In this document: in pieces, positions 41,619 to 51,511 of the stretch | Numbering within the stretch: position 1 is the first letter of the stretch | Layout: each line of letters starts with the position of its first letter | Assembly (NCBI GenBank): GCA_035433045.1 | Contig: DAORUF010000004.1 | Location: 1-55,563, forward strand | DNA length: 55,563 nt | From: Ornithinibacter sp. | GTDB lineage: Bacteria; Actinomycetota; Actinomycetes; Actinomycetales; Dermatophilaceae | Direction: 5' to 3' | Translations under genes and position numbers: made by a program | Notes under the pieces: generated by a model | What the model saw: only the letters and a program-made list of their open reading frames with translations | Told to the model about the DNA's origin: nothing | The model's database searches: none

Positions 41619-44414
41619 ATGCCCCCACTCCCCCGCGACGCGTCGACGCTGGACCCGGGTGCGGTGCTCGCCGAGCTCGGCACCGATCCGGTCGGCGGGC
41701 TCACCACGCGGGAGGCCCAGCGCCGCCTCGCGCAGGTCGGGCCGAACGAGCTGGAGGCGACGGCACCCGTCCCGACGTGGCGCAAGGTGCTCGAGCAGTT
41801 TCGCGACCCCCTGGTGTACCTGCTGTTCGCCGCCATCGTCGTGTCGCTCGTGGCGTGGGCCGTCGAGGGCGCCGACGGGGTGCCCGTCGACGCGCTCGTC
41901 ATCGCCGTCATCGTGGTGCTCAACGCGGTGCTCGGCTACGTGCAGCAGGCCCGGGCCGAGGACGCCGTCGCGGCCCTGCGGCGCCTCGGCGCGACCTCGG
42001 CGACGGTGGTGCGCGACGGTGACCGCGTCACGGTGCCCACCCGCGAGCTCGTGCCCGGCGACCTCGTCGTGCTCGCGGAGGGGGACACGGTGGCCGCCGA
42101 TGCCCGCCTGCTCAGCGCGGCGGCCCTCACCGTCTCCGAGGCCTCGCTGACGGGCGAGAGCGAGCCGGTGCTCAAGGACCCCGCCACCCTGGCGGCCCCG
42201 GCGCCGCTCGGGGACCGGCTCGACATGGTCTTCAACGGCACGTCCGTCACCCAGGGCGTCGGCCGGGCCGTGGTCACCGCGACCGGGATGTCGACGGAGA
42301 TGGGACGCATCGCCCACCTGCTCCACGACACCCGGGAGACCCCGACCCCCCTCCAGGTGGAGATCACGCGGGTCGGGCGCACGCTCGGCATCGCCGTCGT
42401 CGTCATCGCCGTGGTCGTCGTCGCCACGATCGTGGTCTTCCTCGGTGTCGAGACGCCGCAGGACATCGTGACGACGCTGCTCCTCGGCGTCTCCCTCGCC
42501 GTCGCCGCGGTTCCGGAGGGACTGCCCGCGGTCCTGTCCGTCGTGCTCGCCCTCGGGGTGCAGCGGATGGCGACCCACCAGGCCGTGGTGCGGCGGCTCT
42601 CCTCGGTCGAGACCCTCGGGTCGGCGTCGGTGATCTGCACCGACAAGACAGGAACCCTGACCCGGGGCGAGATGACGATCGGGCGGGTCGTCACCGCGGC
42701 GGGCGAGGTCGTGGTGACGGGTGCCGGCTACCGCCCTGAGGGCACGCTCGAGCACGACGGCATCCCCCTCGAGCACGGCAGCGCGGCGTGGCGCCAGACC
42801 GCACTGGTCGTGGGCGGGGGCAGCCTCACCAACGACGCGGCGCTGACGCCGGAGGCGGACGGCGGCTTCGGCGTCCAGGGCGACCCCACGGAGGCCGCGT
42901 TCCTCGTGGCCGAGGCCAAGCTCGGCACGCGAGCGCTGCGGGAGGGGCGCTTCGCCCGGGTCGGCGAGATCCCGTTCACCTCACAGCGACGGCTCATGTC
43001 GAGCCTGGCCACCGACGGCGAACGAGGCGGCCGGATCACCGTCGTGACCAAGGGCGCCCCCGACGTCCTGCTCGAGCGGTGCACCCACCTGCAGGTCGGC
43101 GACGACGTCGAGCCGCTCGACGACGGGTGGCGCACGGGGATCCTCGCCGACGTCGAACGACTCTCGGGCGAGGCGTTCCGCACCCTGGCGGTCGCGTACC
43201 GCCCGCTCGACGTGACCGACCCGCCCGAGGCCGTGGAAGCTCTCGAGGAGGGGCTGGTCTACACGGGAACGGTGGGGATCATCGACCCGCCCCGCGACGA
43301 GGCCGCGACCGCGATCCGCGAGGCGCGGCGGGCCGGCATCCGCGTCGTCATGATCACCGGGGACCACCCGCGCACCGCCGCCCGCATCGCCCGCGACCTC
43401 GGCATCGGGCCGCACGAGCCGGTCGCGGTCACCGGTGCCGAGCTGGAGGCCCTCGACGACGACGGCCTGCGGGAGACCGTGCGCCACCGGTCGGTGTACG
43501 CGCGGGTCGCGCCGCAGCACAAGCTGCGGATCGTCGCTGCCCTCCAGGGGGACGGCAAGGTCGTCGCGATGACCGGGGACGGGGTGAACGACGCCCCGGC
43601 GCTCAAGGCGGCCGACATCGGGATCGCCATGGGGCGCACGGGGACCGAGGTCACGAAGGAGGCCGCCGACATGGTGCTCGCCGACGACGACTTTGCCACC
43701 ATCGTGCGCGCGGTGCGTGAGGGCCGCGGCATCTTCCTCAACATCAAGAAGTTCCTGCGCTACCTGTTGTCCTCGAACATGGGCGAGGTCCTCACGGTCT
43801 TTCTCGGCGTCGTCCTCGGGGGCCTCATCGGCCTCTCCCACGGCAGCGACGGACTCGTGCTGCCCCTGCTCGCCACCCAGATCCTGTGGATCAACCTGCT
43901 CACGGACAGCGCCCCCGCCCTGGCGATGGGCGTCGACGACGAGACCGAGGACGTCATGGGGCACCCCCCACGGCCCCTGACCGAGCGGGTCATCGACCGG
44001 CGGATGTGGCGCGGGGTCGTCGGGCTCGGCCTCGTCATGGCCGCTGCGGTGCTGGTCACCCTCGACCTGCATCTGCCCGGCGGCCTGATCGAGGGCGACG
44101 AGAGCATCGACACCGCCCGGACCGCGGCGTTCACCGTGCTCGTGCTCGCACAGCTCTTCAACGCCCTGAACGCCCGCTCGGAGAGCGTCTCGGCGTTCCG
44201 CCACCTGTTCGTCAACCGCTGGTTGTGGCTTGCCCTCGCCACGTCCGTGCTGCTCCAGGTGGCGGTCGTCCACCTGCCGGTGCTCAACGAGGCGTTCTCC
44301 ACCGTGCCCCTCACGGGCCAGCAGTGGCTCGTCTGCGTCGCGATGGCGAGCACGGTCCTGTGGGCGTCCGAGGCGCGCAAGCTCATCGCACGGCTCACGG
44401 CGGGCCGGCGCTGA
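41619..44414 (+). CDS. Cation-translocating P-type ATPase (type IIA, Ca2+-like)
   Basis: LTGES, VPEGLP, DKTGT phosphorylation motif, KGAP, MITGD, TGDGVNDAPAL, QILWINL; start at 41619 or 41610. Confidence 0.93.
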   Translation: MPPLPRDASTLDPGAVLAELGTDPVGGLTTREAQRRLAQVGPNELEATAPVPTWRKVLEQFRDPLVYLLFAAIVVSLVAWAVEGADGVPVDALVIAVIVVLNAVLGYVQQARAEDAVAALRRLGATSATVVRDGDRVTVPTRELVPGDLVVLAEGDTVAADARLLSAAALTVSEASLTGESEPVLKDPATLAAPAPLGDRLDMVFNGTSVTQGVGRAVVTATGMSTEMGRIAHLLHDTRETPTPLQVEITRVGRTLGIAVVVIAVVVVATIVVFLGVETPQDIVTTLLLGVSLAVAAVPEGLPAVLSVVLALGVQRMATHQAVVRRLSSVETLGSASVICTDKTGTLTRGEMTIGRVVTAAGEVVVTGAGYRPEGTLEHDGIPLEHGSAAWRQTALVVGGGSLTNDAALTPEADGGFGVQGDPTEAAFLVAEAKLGTRALREGRFARVGEIPFTSQRRLMSSLATDGERGGRITVVTKGAPDVLLERCTHLQVGDDVEPLDDGWRTGILADVERLSGEAFRTLAVAYRPLDVTDPPEAVEALEEGLVYTGTVGIIDPPRDEAATAIREARRAGIRVVMITGDHPRTAARIARDLGIGPHEPVAVTGAELEALDDDGLRETVRHRSVYARVAPQHKLRIVAALQGDGKVVAMTGDGVNDAPALKAADIGIAMGRTGTEVTKEAADMVLADDDFATIVRAVREGRGIFLNIKKFLRYLLSSNMGEVLTVFLGVVLGGLIGLSHGSDGLVLPLLATQILWINLLTDSAPALAMGVDDETEDVMGHPPRPLTERVIDRRMWRGVVGLGLVMAAAVLVTLDLHLPGGLIEGDESIDTARTAAFTVLVLAQLFNALNARSESVSAFRHLFVNRWLWLALATSVLLQVAVVHLPVLNEAFSTVPLTGQQWLVCVAMASTVLWASEARKLIARLTAGRR

Positions 44415-44526
44415 CCCGCCTCGGATGCCGTTCGCGCGCCCGTCGCGCCCCTCGGGATGCCGTCCGCGCGCCAGGTCGCGCGCTCGGCACCCCAGCGGAC
44501 CCGACAGCACGACGTGAAGGGAAGCG

Positions 44527-44568
44527 AAAGGGCCCCCGATCAGCACTTCTGCTGGTCAGGGGCCCTTC
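44527..44568 (-). terminator. Intrinsic terminator downstream of the tRNA
   Basis: aagggccccctga/ccagca-type stem (plus strand aaagggcccccgatcagca ... tgctggtcaggggcccttc) followed by TTTC on the minus strand. Confidence 0.6.
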
Positions 44569-44572
44569 TTCG

Positions 44573-44646
44573 TAGCGGGGGCAGGATTTGAACCTGCGAC
44601 CTCCGGGTTATGAGCCCGGCGAGCTACCGAGCTGCTCCACCCCGCG
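44573..44646 (-). tRNA. tRNA-Met (initiator fMet, anticodon CAT)
   Basis: CGCGGGGTGGAGCAGCTCGGTAGCTCGCCGGGCTCATAACCCGGAGGTCGCAGGTTCAAATCCTGCCCCCGCTA; unpaired C1, GGG/CCC anticodon stem; CCA not encoded. Confidence 0.97.
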
Positions 44647-44715
44647 TCGGGTGCACACCTGCGAACAGGCGTGCTCGGTAGTGACAACCGTACGTGACAC
44701 GCACGCTCGCACCAA

Positions 44716-44753
44716 ATCGGCGCTGCCCTGAGCAGTGTCAGGGCAGCGCCGAT
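44716..44753 (-). terminator. Hairpin after the UPF0182 gene
   Basis: atcggcgctgccctga-N6-tcagggcagcgccgat followed by TT on the minus strand. Confidence 0.65.
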
Positions 44754-44771
44754 GTGCCTTACGGCTGGGCG

Positions 44772-47700
44772 TCAGCCGGTGGGCGACGGGGACGGGCTGG
44801 GCGTCGCTCCCGCCCCGTCGGGGTTGAGCTGCGGAGCGAGCGCCGCGGCCTTCTTCAGCGCTGCGTCGAGGCGCTTCTGCGCCTGGTCGTAGGCCGTGAA
44901 GTCACCGGACTTCAACGCCTCCTGCCCGGCCGTGTACGCCGCCTGCATCTCGGCCAGGGCGGCCGTGAGCTGCGCTGCGGCCGATCCGGTCGGCTGACCG
45001 GTGTCAGGCGGGGTGGGTGTACCCGTACCGGGATCGGTCGGCGTCGTCGGCGTCTCGCTGCCGTCGCCCTGACCGAACAGCCCGCTCACGGCCTGTTCGA
45101 GGGTGTCGCCCCAGGCGACGGTGGTGCCGTAGACGGCGACGGTGATCTTGTTCTGCGGGAACGAGCCAGAACCGGCTGCCGCCTGCACGTAGATCGGCTG
45201 GACGTAGAACATCCGGCCCTCGAGCGGGAAGGTCAGCAGGTTGCCGAAGGTCAGCGTCTTGCCACCACCGGAGTTGTTGGTGATGTACTGCGCCAGCGAC
45301 AGCTGCTCAGCGGCGTTCTGCGATCGCACCGGCGAGTTCTGGATCTGGTTGAGCACCTGACCCGGGCCGGCCGGGGTCGCTGATCCGTACTCGAGCAGTC
45401 GCAGGGACCCATAGTCCTCCGCCGGTTTGCCGGCTTCGGAGCCCGCGTCGGCATCGACGGCCAGCAGACCACGCAGGATCTCGCGGCCGGCCTCGTTGTT
45501 GCTCGCGGGCACGAACGGGGTCGTGATCGAGAAGGCTGCCTCGTCCTCCCCCGGCATGGCGATGGACTGGAAGACCACCGGCTGGTCCTGGGCGGTCTGC
45601 GCCGGGTCACGCGGAACGCGCCACTTGTCGGAGTTGGAGTAGAAGTCACCCGGGTTGGTCACGTGGTACTCGTTGAGCAGCTCGCGCTGCACCTTGACGA
45701 GGTCCTGCGGGTAGCGGATGTGCGACATGAGGTCACCGGAGATCTCCGAGAGCGGCCGCACCGACCCGGGGAACGCCTTGCTCCACGCCTTGAGCATCGG
45801 GTCCTTGGTGTCCCAGCCGTACAGCTTCACGCTCCCGTCGTGGGCGTCGACCGTCGCCTTGACCGCGTTGCGGACGTAGTTGACCTGGCCGGCACCCACG
45901 GTGACGACCGACGAGCGCTGCGTCACGGCATCCGACGTCGCGTCAGCGAGCTCGATCAGTCGTGAGTTGGGGTAGCTCGCGGAGGTGGTGAAGCCGTCGA
46001 CGATCCACTGGATGCGACCCTCGACGACCGCCGGGTAGACGTTGCCGTCCAGGCGCAGCCACGGCGCGACGCGCTCGACGCGCTCGGTGGGGGTGCGGTG
46101 GTCGAGGATGCGCGACTCGCTGTTGACGGCGTCGGAGAGCAGGAAGTTGGCCTCGCGGTACTTCACGGCGTACGCCAGGCGGCGCACCAGCGACCCGACC
46201 TCGACCCCTCCCGCACCCTCATAGGTGTTGTTGACGGCGACGTCGCCGTCACCACCGGCGGGGTAGTCGAACTCACGAGGCGAGTCGCCCTCGGGGGCAC
46301 CGACGATCGAGTAGGTCGGGGAGAGCTCACCGAAGTAGATGCGCGGCTCGTACTCACCGAGCGAGGTACGCCCACCGCCCTCGAAGAAGACGGGGTCACC
46401 CTCGGCAGTGCGCTGGTTGCCGTAGGCGGCGTAGAACCCGTAGCCGTGGGTGTAGACGGTGTGGTCGTTGAGCCAGTTGCGCTGGTTGTCGGGCAGCCCG
46501 TCGAGGTTGATCTCGCGCACGGCGACGACGGCATCGCGGGTCTGGTCGTTGATGGTGTACCGGTCGACGTCGAGGGTGTCGGGGAACGCGTAGTAGTCAC
46601 GCTGGCCCTCGAGCTGGCGGAACGTGGGGGCGACGACGTTGGGGTCGATGATCCGAACGCCCGGGATGTCGTTGGCGGCGGTGCGCAGCACGTCCTTGTC
46701 CTCGGTCGCCTCCGGCGCCGGGTTCTGGATGCGCTTGACCCGGTCGAGGCCGAATGCCGTGCGGGTCGCCGTGATGTTGCGTTCGAGGTACGGCGCCTCG
46801 AGGGACTTCTCGGAGGGCTTGACGCGCAGGCTCTGGATGAGCGCCGGGTAGGCGCCGCCGGCCACGACGGCTGTGACGACGAGGAGGGCGACACCGGTGA
46901 GCGGCAGCCGCCAGCTGCGGCTCCAGATCGCCGCGAGGAAGAAGGCGGCACACATCAGCGCGGCGACCGCGAGGATCGCCTTGGTGGGCAGCACCGCGTT
47001 GTCGTCGGTGTAGGTGATGCCGGTGAGGAGCGAGCCCTTCTGGGTCGCCAAGGTGTACCGGTCGAGCCAGTAGGAGGCAGCCCGGGTGAGGGCGATGAGG
47101 GCACCGAGGATGCCGAGGTGCACGTAAGCCGCTCGCGTGGTCGGACCGCGCCCGGGAAGTTGCAGACCTCCGTACACGTAGTGGGTGAACGCACCTGCCA
47201 CGAAGGCCAGGACCAGCACCACCGTGATGAAGCTCACGACGAAGCGCAGCCACGGGAGGGTGAAGACGAAGAAGCCCACGTCCATGCCGAACTGGGGGTC
47301 TGGGATGCCGAACGGCTCGCGGTTCATCCAGAGCAGCAGGGTGCGCCACGCGCCCATGGCCCCCGACCCGGCGAGCACGCCGAGGATGATGGGGATGGAC
47401 CACACGGCGAGGCGGCGCAGCGGCTCGATGGCCTGTCGGTACTGCTCGAGCACCTGCTGGGCCTGCGTCATCGGGATGTAGAGCGGGCGGGTTCGGTAGG
47501 CGGCCACCAGGCTGATCGCGACAGCGGCACCGGTCAGCAGCCCGGCCCCGATGAACAGGCCCGCCTTGACCGCGATCTCCTTGACGAAGACGCCGCGGAA
47601 ACCGACGGAGTCGTACCACCAGACGTCGGTGATGACGTCGGCGGCGATCCCTCCGACGAGCGCGAGAACTGCCAGCACCGCCAGGGTCGGCCCGAGGGGA

Positions 47701-47828
47701 CCGCGCCGCTTGCGCGTCGCGGTGGCGGCAGGCCGACCGGCCCCACCGCCGTCACCCGGGACGCCCTGCGGGGGCGGCGAACCATCACCAGGGCCCGAAG
47801 GCCCGTCGAACCACTCCGAGCGACTCAC
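44772..47828 (-). CDS. UPF0182 family membrane protein
   Basis: TDVWWYDSVGF, DPQFGMDVGFFVFTLP, YTHGYG, PRIYFGE, NYVRNAVKATVDAHDG, HIRYP, GNLLT; typical location beside tRNA-Met. Confidence 0.92.
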   Translation of the reverse strand: MSRSEWFDGPSGPGDGSPPPQGVPGDGGGAGRPAATATRKRRGPLGPTLAVLAVLALVGGIAADVITDVWWYDSVGFRGVFVKEIAVKAGLFIGAGLLTGAAVAISLVAAYRTRPLYIPMTQAQQVLEQYRQAIEPLRRLAVWSIPIILGVLAGSGAMGAWRTLLLWMNREPFGIPDPQFGMDVGFFVFTLPWLRFVVSFITVVLVLAFVAGAFTHYVYGGLQLPGRGPTTRAAYVHLGILGALIALTRAASYWLDRYTLATQKGSLLTGITYTDDNAVLPTKAILAVAALMCAAFFLAAIWSRSWRLPLTGVALLVVTAVVAGGAYPALIQSLRVKPSEKSLEAPYLERNITATRTAFGLDRVKRIQNPAPEATEDKDVLRTAANDIPGVRIIDPNVVAPTFRQLEGQRDYYAFPDTLDVDRYTINDQTRDAVVAVREINLDGLPDNQRNWLNDHTVYTHGYGFYAAYGNQRTAEGDPVFFEGGGRTSLGEYEPRIYFGELSPTYSIVGAPEGDSPREFDYPAGGDGDVAVNNTYEGAGGVEVGSLVRRLAYAVKYREANFLLSDAVNSESRILDHRTPTERVERVAPWLRLDGNVYPAVVEGRIQWIVDGFTTSASYPNSRLIELADATSDAVTQRSSVVTVGAGQVNYVRNAVKATVDAHDGSVKLYGWDTKDPMLKAWSKAFPGSVRPLSEISGDLMSHIRYPQDLVKVQRELLNEYHVTNPGDFYSNSDKWRVPRDPAQTAQDQPVVFQSIAMPGEDEAAFSITTPFVPASNNEAGREILRGLLAVDADAGSEAGKPAEDYGSLRLLEYGSATPAGPGQVLNQIQNSPVRSQNAAEQLSLAQYITNNSGGGKTLTFGNLLTFPLEGRMFYVQPIYVQAAAGSGSFPQNKITVAVYGTTVAWGDTLEQAVSGLFGQGDGSETPTTPTDPGTGTPTPPDTGQPTGSAAAQLTAALAEMQAAYTAGQEALKSGDFTAYDQAQKRLDAALKKAAALAPQLNPDGAGATPSPSPSPTG

Positions 47829-47881
47829 TGCTCTCCCTTGTCCTCATCGCGCAGGGTTGTCCCGCGCCGACGCTGGACCGA

Positions 47882-47909
47882 CAACGTACCCCGGCCTGCT
47901 GGAGGTTCC
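47882..47909 (-). promoter_or_regulatory. Candidate ECF (SigR/SigE-like) promoter for UPF0182
   Basis: Minus strand GGAAC-N18-CGTTG. Confidence 0.45.
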
Positions 47910-47927
47910 ATCAGGCACCATGGTGCG

Positions 47928-48485
47928 GTGAACTCCCCCACCGACCCCGCCCCCGCCGCGCCCCAGCCCGTGACCGACCCGCTCACCCTGGCCGCCCTGG
48001 ACACCGAGCGACACGTGGCAAGGAGCGGCTGGGACCAGCCGGTGCGCCTGTTCGCGCTCGTCCCGACCGCCGACCTGCTCGCCCACGAGCCCCAGCTGGC
48101 CCAGGGGCTCGCCTCACACGACGCCGTGGCCGGAGCCCTCAGCGCGGTGGAGCAGGAGGACCTGCCGAGAAGTGACGGACTCGAGGACCTCCTCGCCCAG
48201 ATCGCCTGGCCCGAGCAGGTGCTGGGATGCGCCCTGGCGGTGGAGCGCATCGTCGTGCCCCCCGAGGCAGAGCGTGACCTTCCGAGCGACGACGCAGCAG
48301 CCCTGCAGGCGATCGCCGAGCACCCCGACCGCGCCGACGTCCGCCTGCTCGTCGCCGTGACCCGTGACGGTGCTGCCCGGTGCCTGCTGCGTCAGCGGGC
48401 CCACGACACCGACGACCGCGTCGCCCTGGGCGAGGACATCGCCCCGGGGCTGGTCCACGCGCTGCGGGCCACCCTCACGCCGTAG
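47928..48485 (+). CDS. PPA1309-family protein
   Basis: GWDQPVRLFALVPT, IAWP...GCALAVERIVVPP, HPDRADVRL; GTG 47928. Confidence 0.8.
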   Translation: MNSPTDPAPAAPQPVTDPLTLAALDTERHVARSGWDQPVRLFALVPTADLLAHEPQLAQGLASHDAVAGALSAVEQEDLPRSDGLEDLLAQIAWPEQVLGCALAVERIVVPPEAERDLPSDDAAALQAIAEHPDRADVRLLVAVTRDGAARCLLRQRAHDTDDRVALGEDIAPGLVHALRATLTP

Positions 48486-48515
48486 CCGAGCGAGCCCCCG
48501 ACACAGCGGAGGGGG

Positions 48516-49586
48516 TCAGCCGCAGGTCGGCAAACCTTCGACAGAACCCTTGGCGATGCCGTTCGCCGCGGCCAGCCCGTCGTCGAAGGTGGCGACCTTG
48601 AGCACCTCGAGCCCGTCGGGCACGTGACCGACGACCTCGTCGCAGTTGTCGGCGGGCGCGAGGAAGTAGCTGGCCCCGGCCCGCTTGGCACCGACGAGCT
48701 TCTGGCGGATGCCGCCGATGGGTCCGACGCTCCCGTCGTCCTGCATGGTGCCGGTCCCCGCGATGTTCTTGCCACCGGTGAGCTCGCCGGGGGTGAGCAC
48801 GTCGTAGATCGCCAGGCTGAACATCAACCCGGCCGACGGGCCGCCGACCCGCCCGGTGTTCAGCGTGACGTCGATCGGCAGGTCGTAGTCCATGCGCAAC
48901 CCGACCCCGATGACGGTGCGGCCGCCTGCCTCGGCGGTGCGCGCCGTCACGGTGCGCTCGCTGCCGCCGCGCTCGATGACGACGGGAAAGGTCTCGCCGG
49001 GCTCGTGGCGCTGGACGGCGGCGCGCACGGCATCCGACGACGTCGCGGGGTCGCCGTCGACGCTGACGAGCACGTCACCCGCCTCGAACACACCCGTGGA
49101 CGGGCCGTCCTCGAGCACCTCACCGATGGTGACGGTCTGCTCGACGTCACGCCCGAGGGCACGCAGGGCCGTCGCGGTCGCCACGCTCTGCGAGTTCGCC
49201 ATCTCGGCAGCGCCCTCCTGCTCGACCTGCTCCTGGCTGGCCTCGGGTGGGAACACCTGCTCGACGGGCAGCACCTCGTCGGACCCCGAGAGGCGGGCGC
49301 CGACGACGTCGAACACGGTGACCTTGACCCCTGGGCCGCCGGTCACGCTCACGGTGGTGAAGTCCAGGGAGCCGCTCGTGGGGTAGGTCTGCGCGCCGTC
49401 GACCGTGAGCAGGGGCTTGCCGTCGTTCTCGCCGAGGATGTTGGTCGCCGGGCCGGGTGACATGACGACGTAGGGCAGCCCGACGAAGGTGAGGGCGGCG
49501 GCCACGGCGATGACGAGGAACGAGCCGACGAGCAGGGCGGCAGAGATTCTCCCGGGGCGCATCCTCGGGTTCTCCGGTTGGATCAC
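48516..49586 (-). CDS. PDZ-domain Lon-like (S16/YlbL) protease
   Basis: TM anchor, PYVVMSPGP, PDZ region, GGPSAGLMF (Ser), GGIRQK (Lys), PADNC; GTGA overlap with the moaE stop. Confidence 0.9.
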   Translation of the reverse strand: MIQPENPRMRPGRISAALLVGSFLVIAVAAALTFVGLPYVVMSPGPATNILGENDGKPLLTVDGAQTYPTSGSLDFTTVSVTGGPGVKVTVFDVVGARLSGSDEVLPVEQVFPPEASQEQVEQEGAAEMANSQSVATATALRALGRDVEQTVTIGEVLEDGPSTGVFEAGDVLVSVDGDPATSSDAVRAAVQRHEPGETFPVVIERGGSERTVTARTAEAGGRTVIGVGLRMDYDLPIDVTLNTGRVGGPSAGLMFSLAIYDVLTPGELTGGKNIAGTGTMQDDGSVGPIGGIRQKLVGAKRAGASYFLAPADNCDEVVGHVPDGLEVLKVATFDDGLAAANGIAKGSVEGLPTCG

Positions 49587-50017
49587 GGAAGGCCCACCCA
49601 CTCGGTCGAGCCGTCCTGAAGGCTCTGGTGCTTCCAGATCGGGGTCTGCGCCTTGAGCGTGTCGATCAGGTCCCGGCAGGCATCGAAGGCCTGCCCGCGG
49701 TGCGGAGCGGATGCCGCGACGACGACCGCCAGGTCACCGATGGCCAGCGACCCCGTGCGGTGCACGGCGGCGACCCGCCGGGCCTGCGACCGGCCGAGCA
49801 CCTCGGCGCAGACGCGGTTCAGCGTGTCGAGGGCGCTCGGGTGGGCCTCGTAGTCGAGCGACGTCACTGCCGCACCGTGGTCGTGGTCGCGCACGACGCC
49901 GACGAAGAGGGCGATGCCGCCACAGCTCGGATGCCGGACGGCATCGAGCACCTCGTCGACGGACAACGGCTGGTCGCGCAGGGCGACGAGGGCGACCGGG
50001 TCAGGGTCGGTCGTCAA
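49583..50017 (-). CDS. moaE: Molybdopterin synthase catalytic subunit
   Basis: GGIALFVGVVRD, LDYEAHP, HRTG, SAPHR, LKAQTPIWK; TTG start with GAGGAG RBS. Confidence 0.92.
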   Translation of the reverse strand: MTTDPDPVALVALRDQPLSVDEVLDAVRHPSCGGIALFVGVVRDHDHGAAVTSLDYEAHPSALDTLNRVCAEVLGRSQARRVAAVHRTGSLAIGDLAVVVAASAPHRGQAFDACRDLIDTLKAQTPIWKHQSLQDGSTEWVGLP

Positions 50018-50045
50018 TGGTGCTCCTCGGCAGCGGTGACCGGCG

Positions 50046-50072
50046 GGAACCATCTGGGCCGGATCGTGGTTG
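50046..50072 (+). promoter_or_regulatory. Candidate SigR-type promoter for the zincin-NUDIX operon
   Basis: GGAAC-catctgggccggatcgtg(18 nt)-GTTG, 47 nt before GTG 50120. Confidence 0.6.
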
Positions 50073-50119
50073 GCTTGTCTCGAGACGACATCCTCTCACC
50101 CGAATGCCAGGAGCCCCGC

Positions 50120-51511
50120 GTGAACGACCCCGCCGACGACGCCTCCGCACTGCCCCCCGAGATCGAGAAGCTGCTGCGGGACCTCACCGGTGGTGCACCC
50201 CTGGACCCGCAGCTCGCCTCGATGATGCAGGGCATGGGCCTGGACAAGGTCGACCCGCAGATGCTCGCGATGGTCATGGGCCAGGTCCAGGCGATGTTCT
50301 CCGCCCCCGAGAGCGAGCACGCCGTCAACGCCACCCTGGCCACCGACATGGCCCTCAAGACGGTCTCGGCCCAGGGCGACACCCTCGCGACGAGCGCCGA
50401 CCAGCGCGAGGCCGCCGAGGCCGTCCAGGTCGCCGGGCTCTGGCTCGACGCCGTCACCGACCTCACGACGCCCGGCCTGCACGGTGTCGCCTGGAGCGCG
50501 GCCGAGTGGGTCGAGGCGACGATGCCGGTCTGGACCGACCTCGTCGAGCCGATCGCCGCGGGAGTCACCGATGCCGTGACGACCGCCCTCGGGTCGCAGC
50601 TCGAGCAGCTGGGCAACCTCGAGAACCGCGGCGACGCCGGCATCCCGGGGCTGCCGGGCGGCATCCCCGCCGGCATGCTCGACCAGGCCGGGCCGATGCT
50701 GCGCCGCATGCACGGCTCGATGTTCTCCATGCAGCTCGGCCAGGGCACGGGCACCCTCGCGGGTGAGGTGCTGACCGGCTGCGAGGTCTCGCTCCCCCTC
50801 GTCCCGGCCCCCACCGTCGCCCTCATGCCGGCCGCGCTGCGCACGTTCGCGCAGGGCCTCGAGGTCGACGAACCGCAGGCCCGGCTCTACCTCGCGGTGC
50901 GCGAGGTGGCCCGGGTGCGGCTGTTCGGCGCCGTGCCGTGGCTGGCCCCCGCCCTGCTGGCCGCGGTGCGCGACTACGCGGCGGACATCACCATCGACAC
51001 CAGCGCCATCGAGGAGGCCGTGCGCTCCATCGACCCCTCCGACCCCGAGGCCGTGCAGCAGGCCCTCCAGGGGCGGATGTTCGCCCCGCAGCCCTCCCCC
51101 GCGCAGCAGGCTGCCCTGACCCGCCTCGAGACCTGGCTGGCCCTGGTCGAGGGCTGGGTCGACGTCGTCACCGATCGCGCCACCCGCGAGCACCTGCCCC
51201 AGGCCGACGCGCTCGGTGAGGCCGTGCGCCGGCGCCGGGCAACGAGCGGCCCGGCCGAGAAGGCCTTCGAGGCGCTCGTCGGGCTCGAGCTGCGCCCCCG
51301 CCGGTTGCGTGACGCCGCCAACCTGTTCTCCGCCCTCGAGGACTCCGGCGACGCCGCCACGCGCGATGCCCCGTGGCGCCACCCCGACCTCGCCCCGTCT
51401 GCCGCGGACCTCGACGACCCCCTCGGCTACGTCGAGCGCACGTCCTCGCCGACGACCGACGACATGGACGCAGCGCTGGACGCCCTGCTGCGCGGCGAGG
51501 ACCCCGCGTGA
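50120..51511 (+). CDS. Zincin-like (DUF2342-type) putative metalloprotease/hydrolase
   Basis: AWSAAEWVEAT, LYLAVRE, LALVEGWVD, RRRRATSGPAE, LVGLELRPRRLR, WRHPDL; AGGAG RBS. Confidence 0.82.
   Translation: MNDPADDASALPPEIEKLLRDLTGGAPLDPQLASMMQGMGLDKVDPQMLAMVMGQVQAMFSAPESEHAVNATLATDMALKTVSAQGDTLATSADQREAAEAVQVAGLWLDAVTDLTTPGLHGVAWSAAEWVEATMPVWTDLVEPIAAGVTDAVTTALGSQLEQLGNLENRGDAGIPGLPGGIPAGMLDQAGPMLRRMHGSMFSMQLGQGTGTLAGEVLTGCEVSLPLVPAPTVALMPAALRTFAQGLEVDEPQARLYLAVREVARVRLFGAVPWLAPALLAAVRDYAADITIDTSAIEEAVRSIDPSDPEAVQQALQGRMFAPQPSPAQQAALTRLETWLALVEGWVDVVTDRATREHLPQADALGEAVRRRRATSGPAEKAFEALVGLELRPRRLRDAANLFSALEDSGDAATRDAPWRHPDLAPSAADLDDPLGYVERTSSPTTDDMDAALDALLRGEDPA

Noticed and set aside
41619-44646. 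Possible genomic island integrated at tRNA-Met
   Set aside because: No integrase and no duplicated tRNA 3' end found; neighbouring genes look compositionally native
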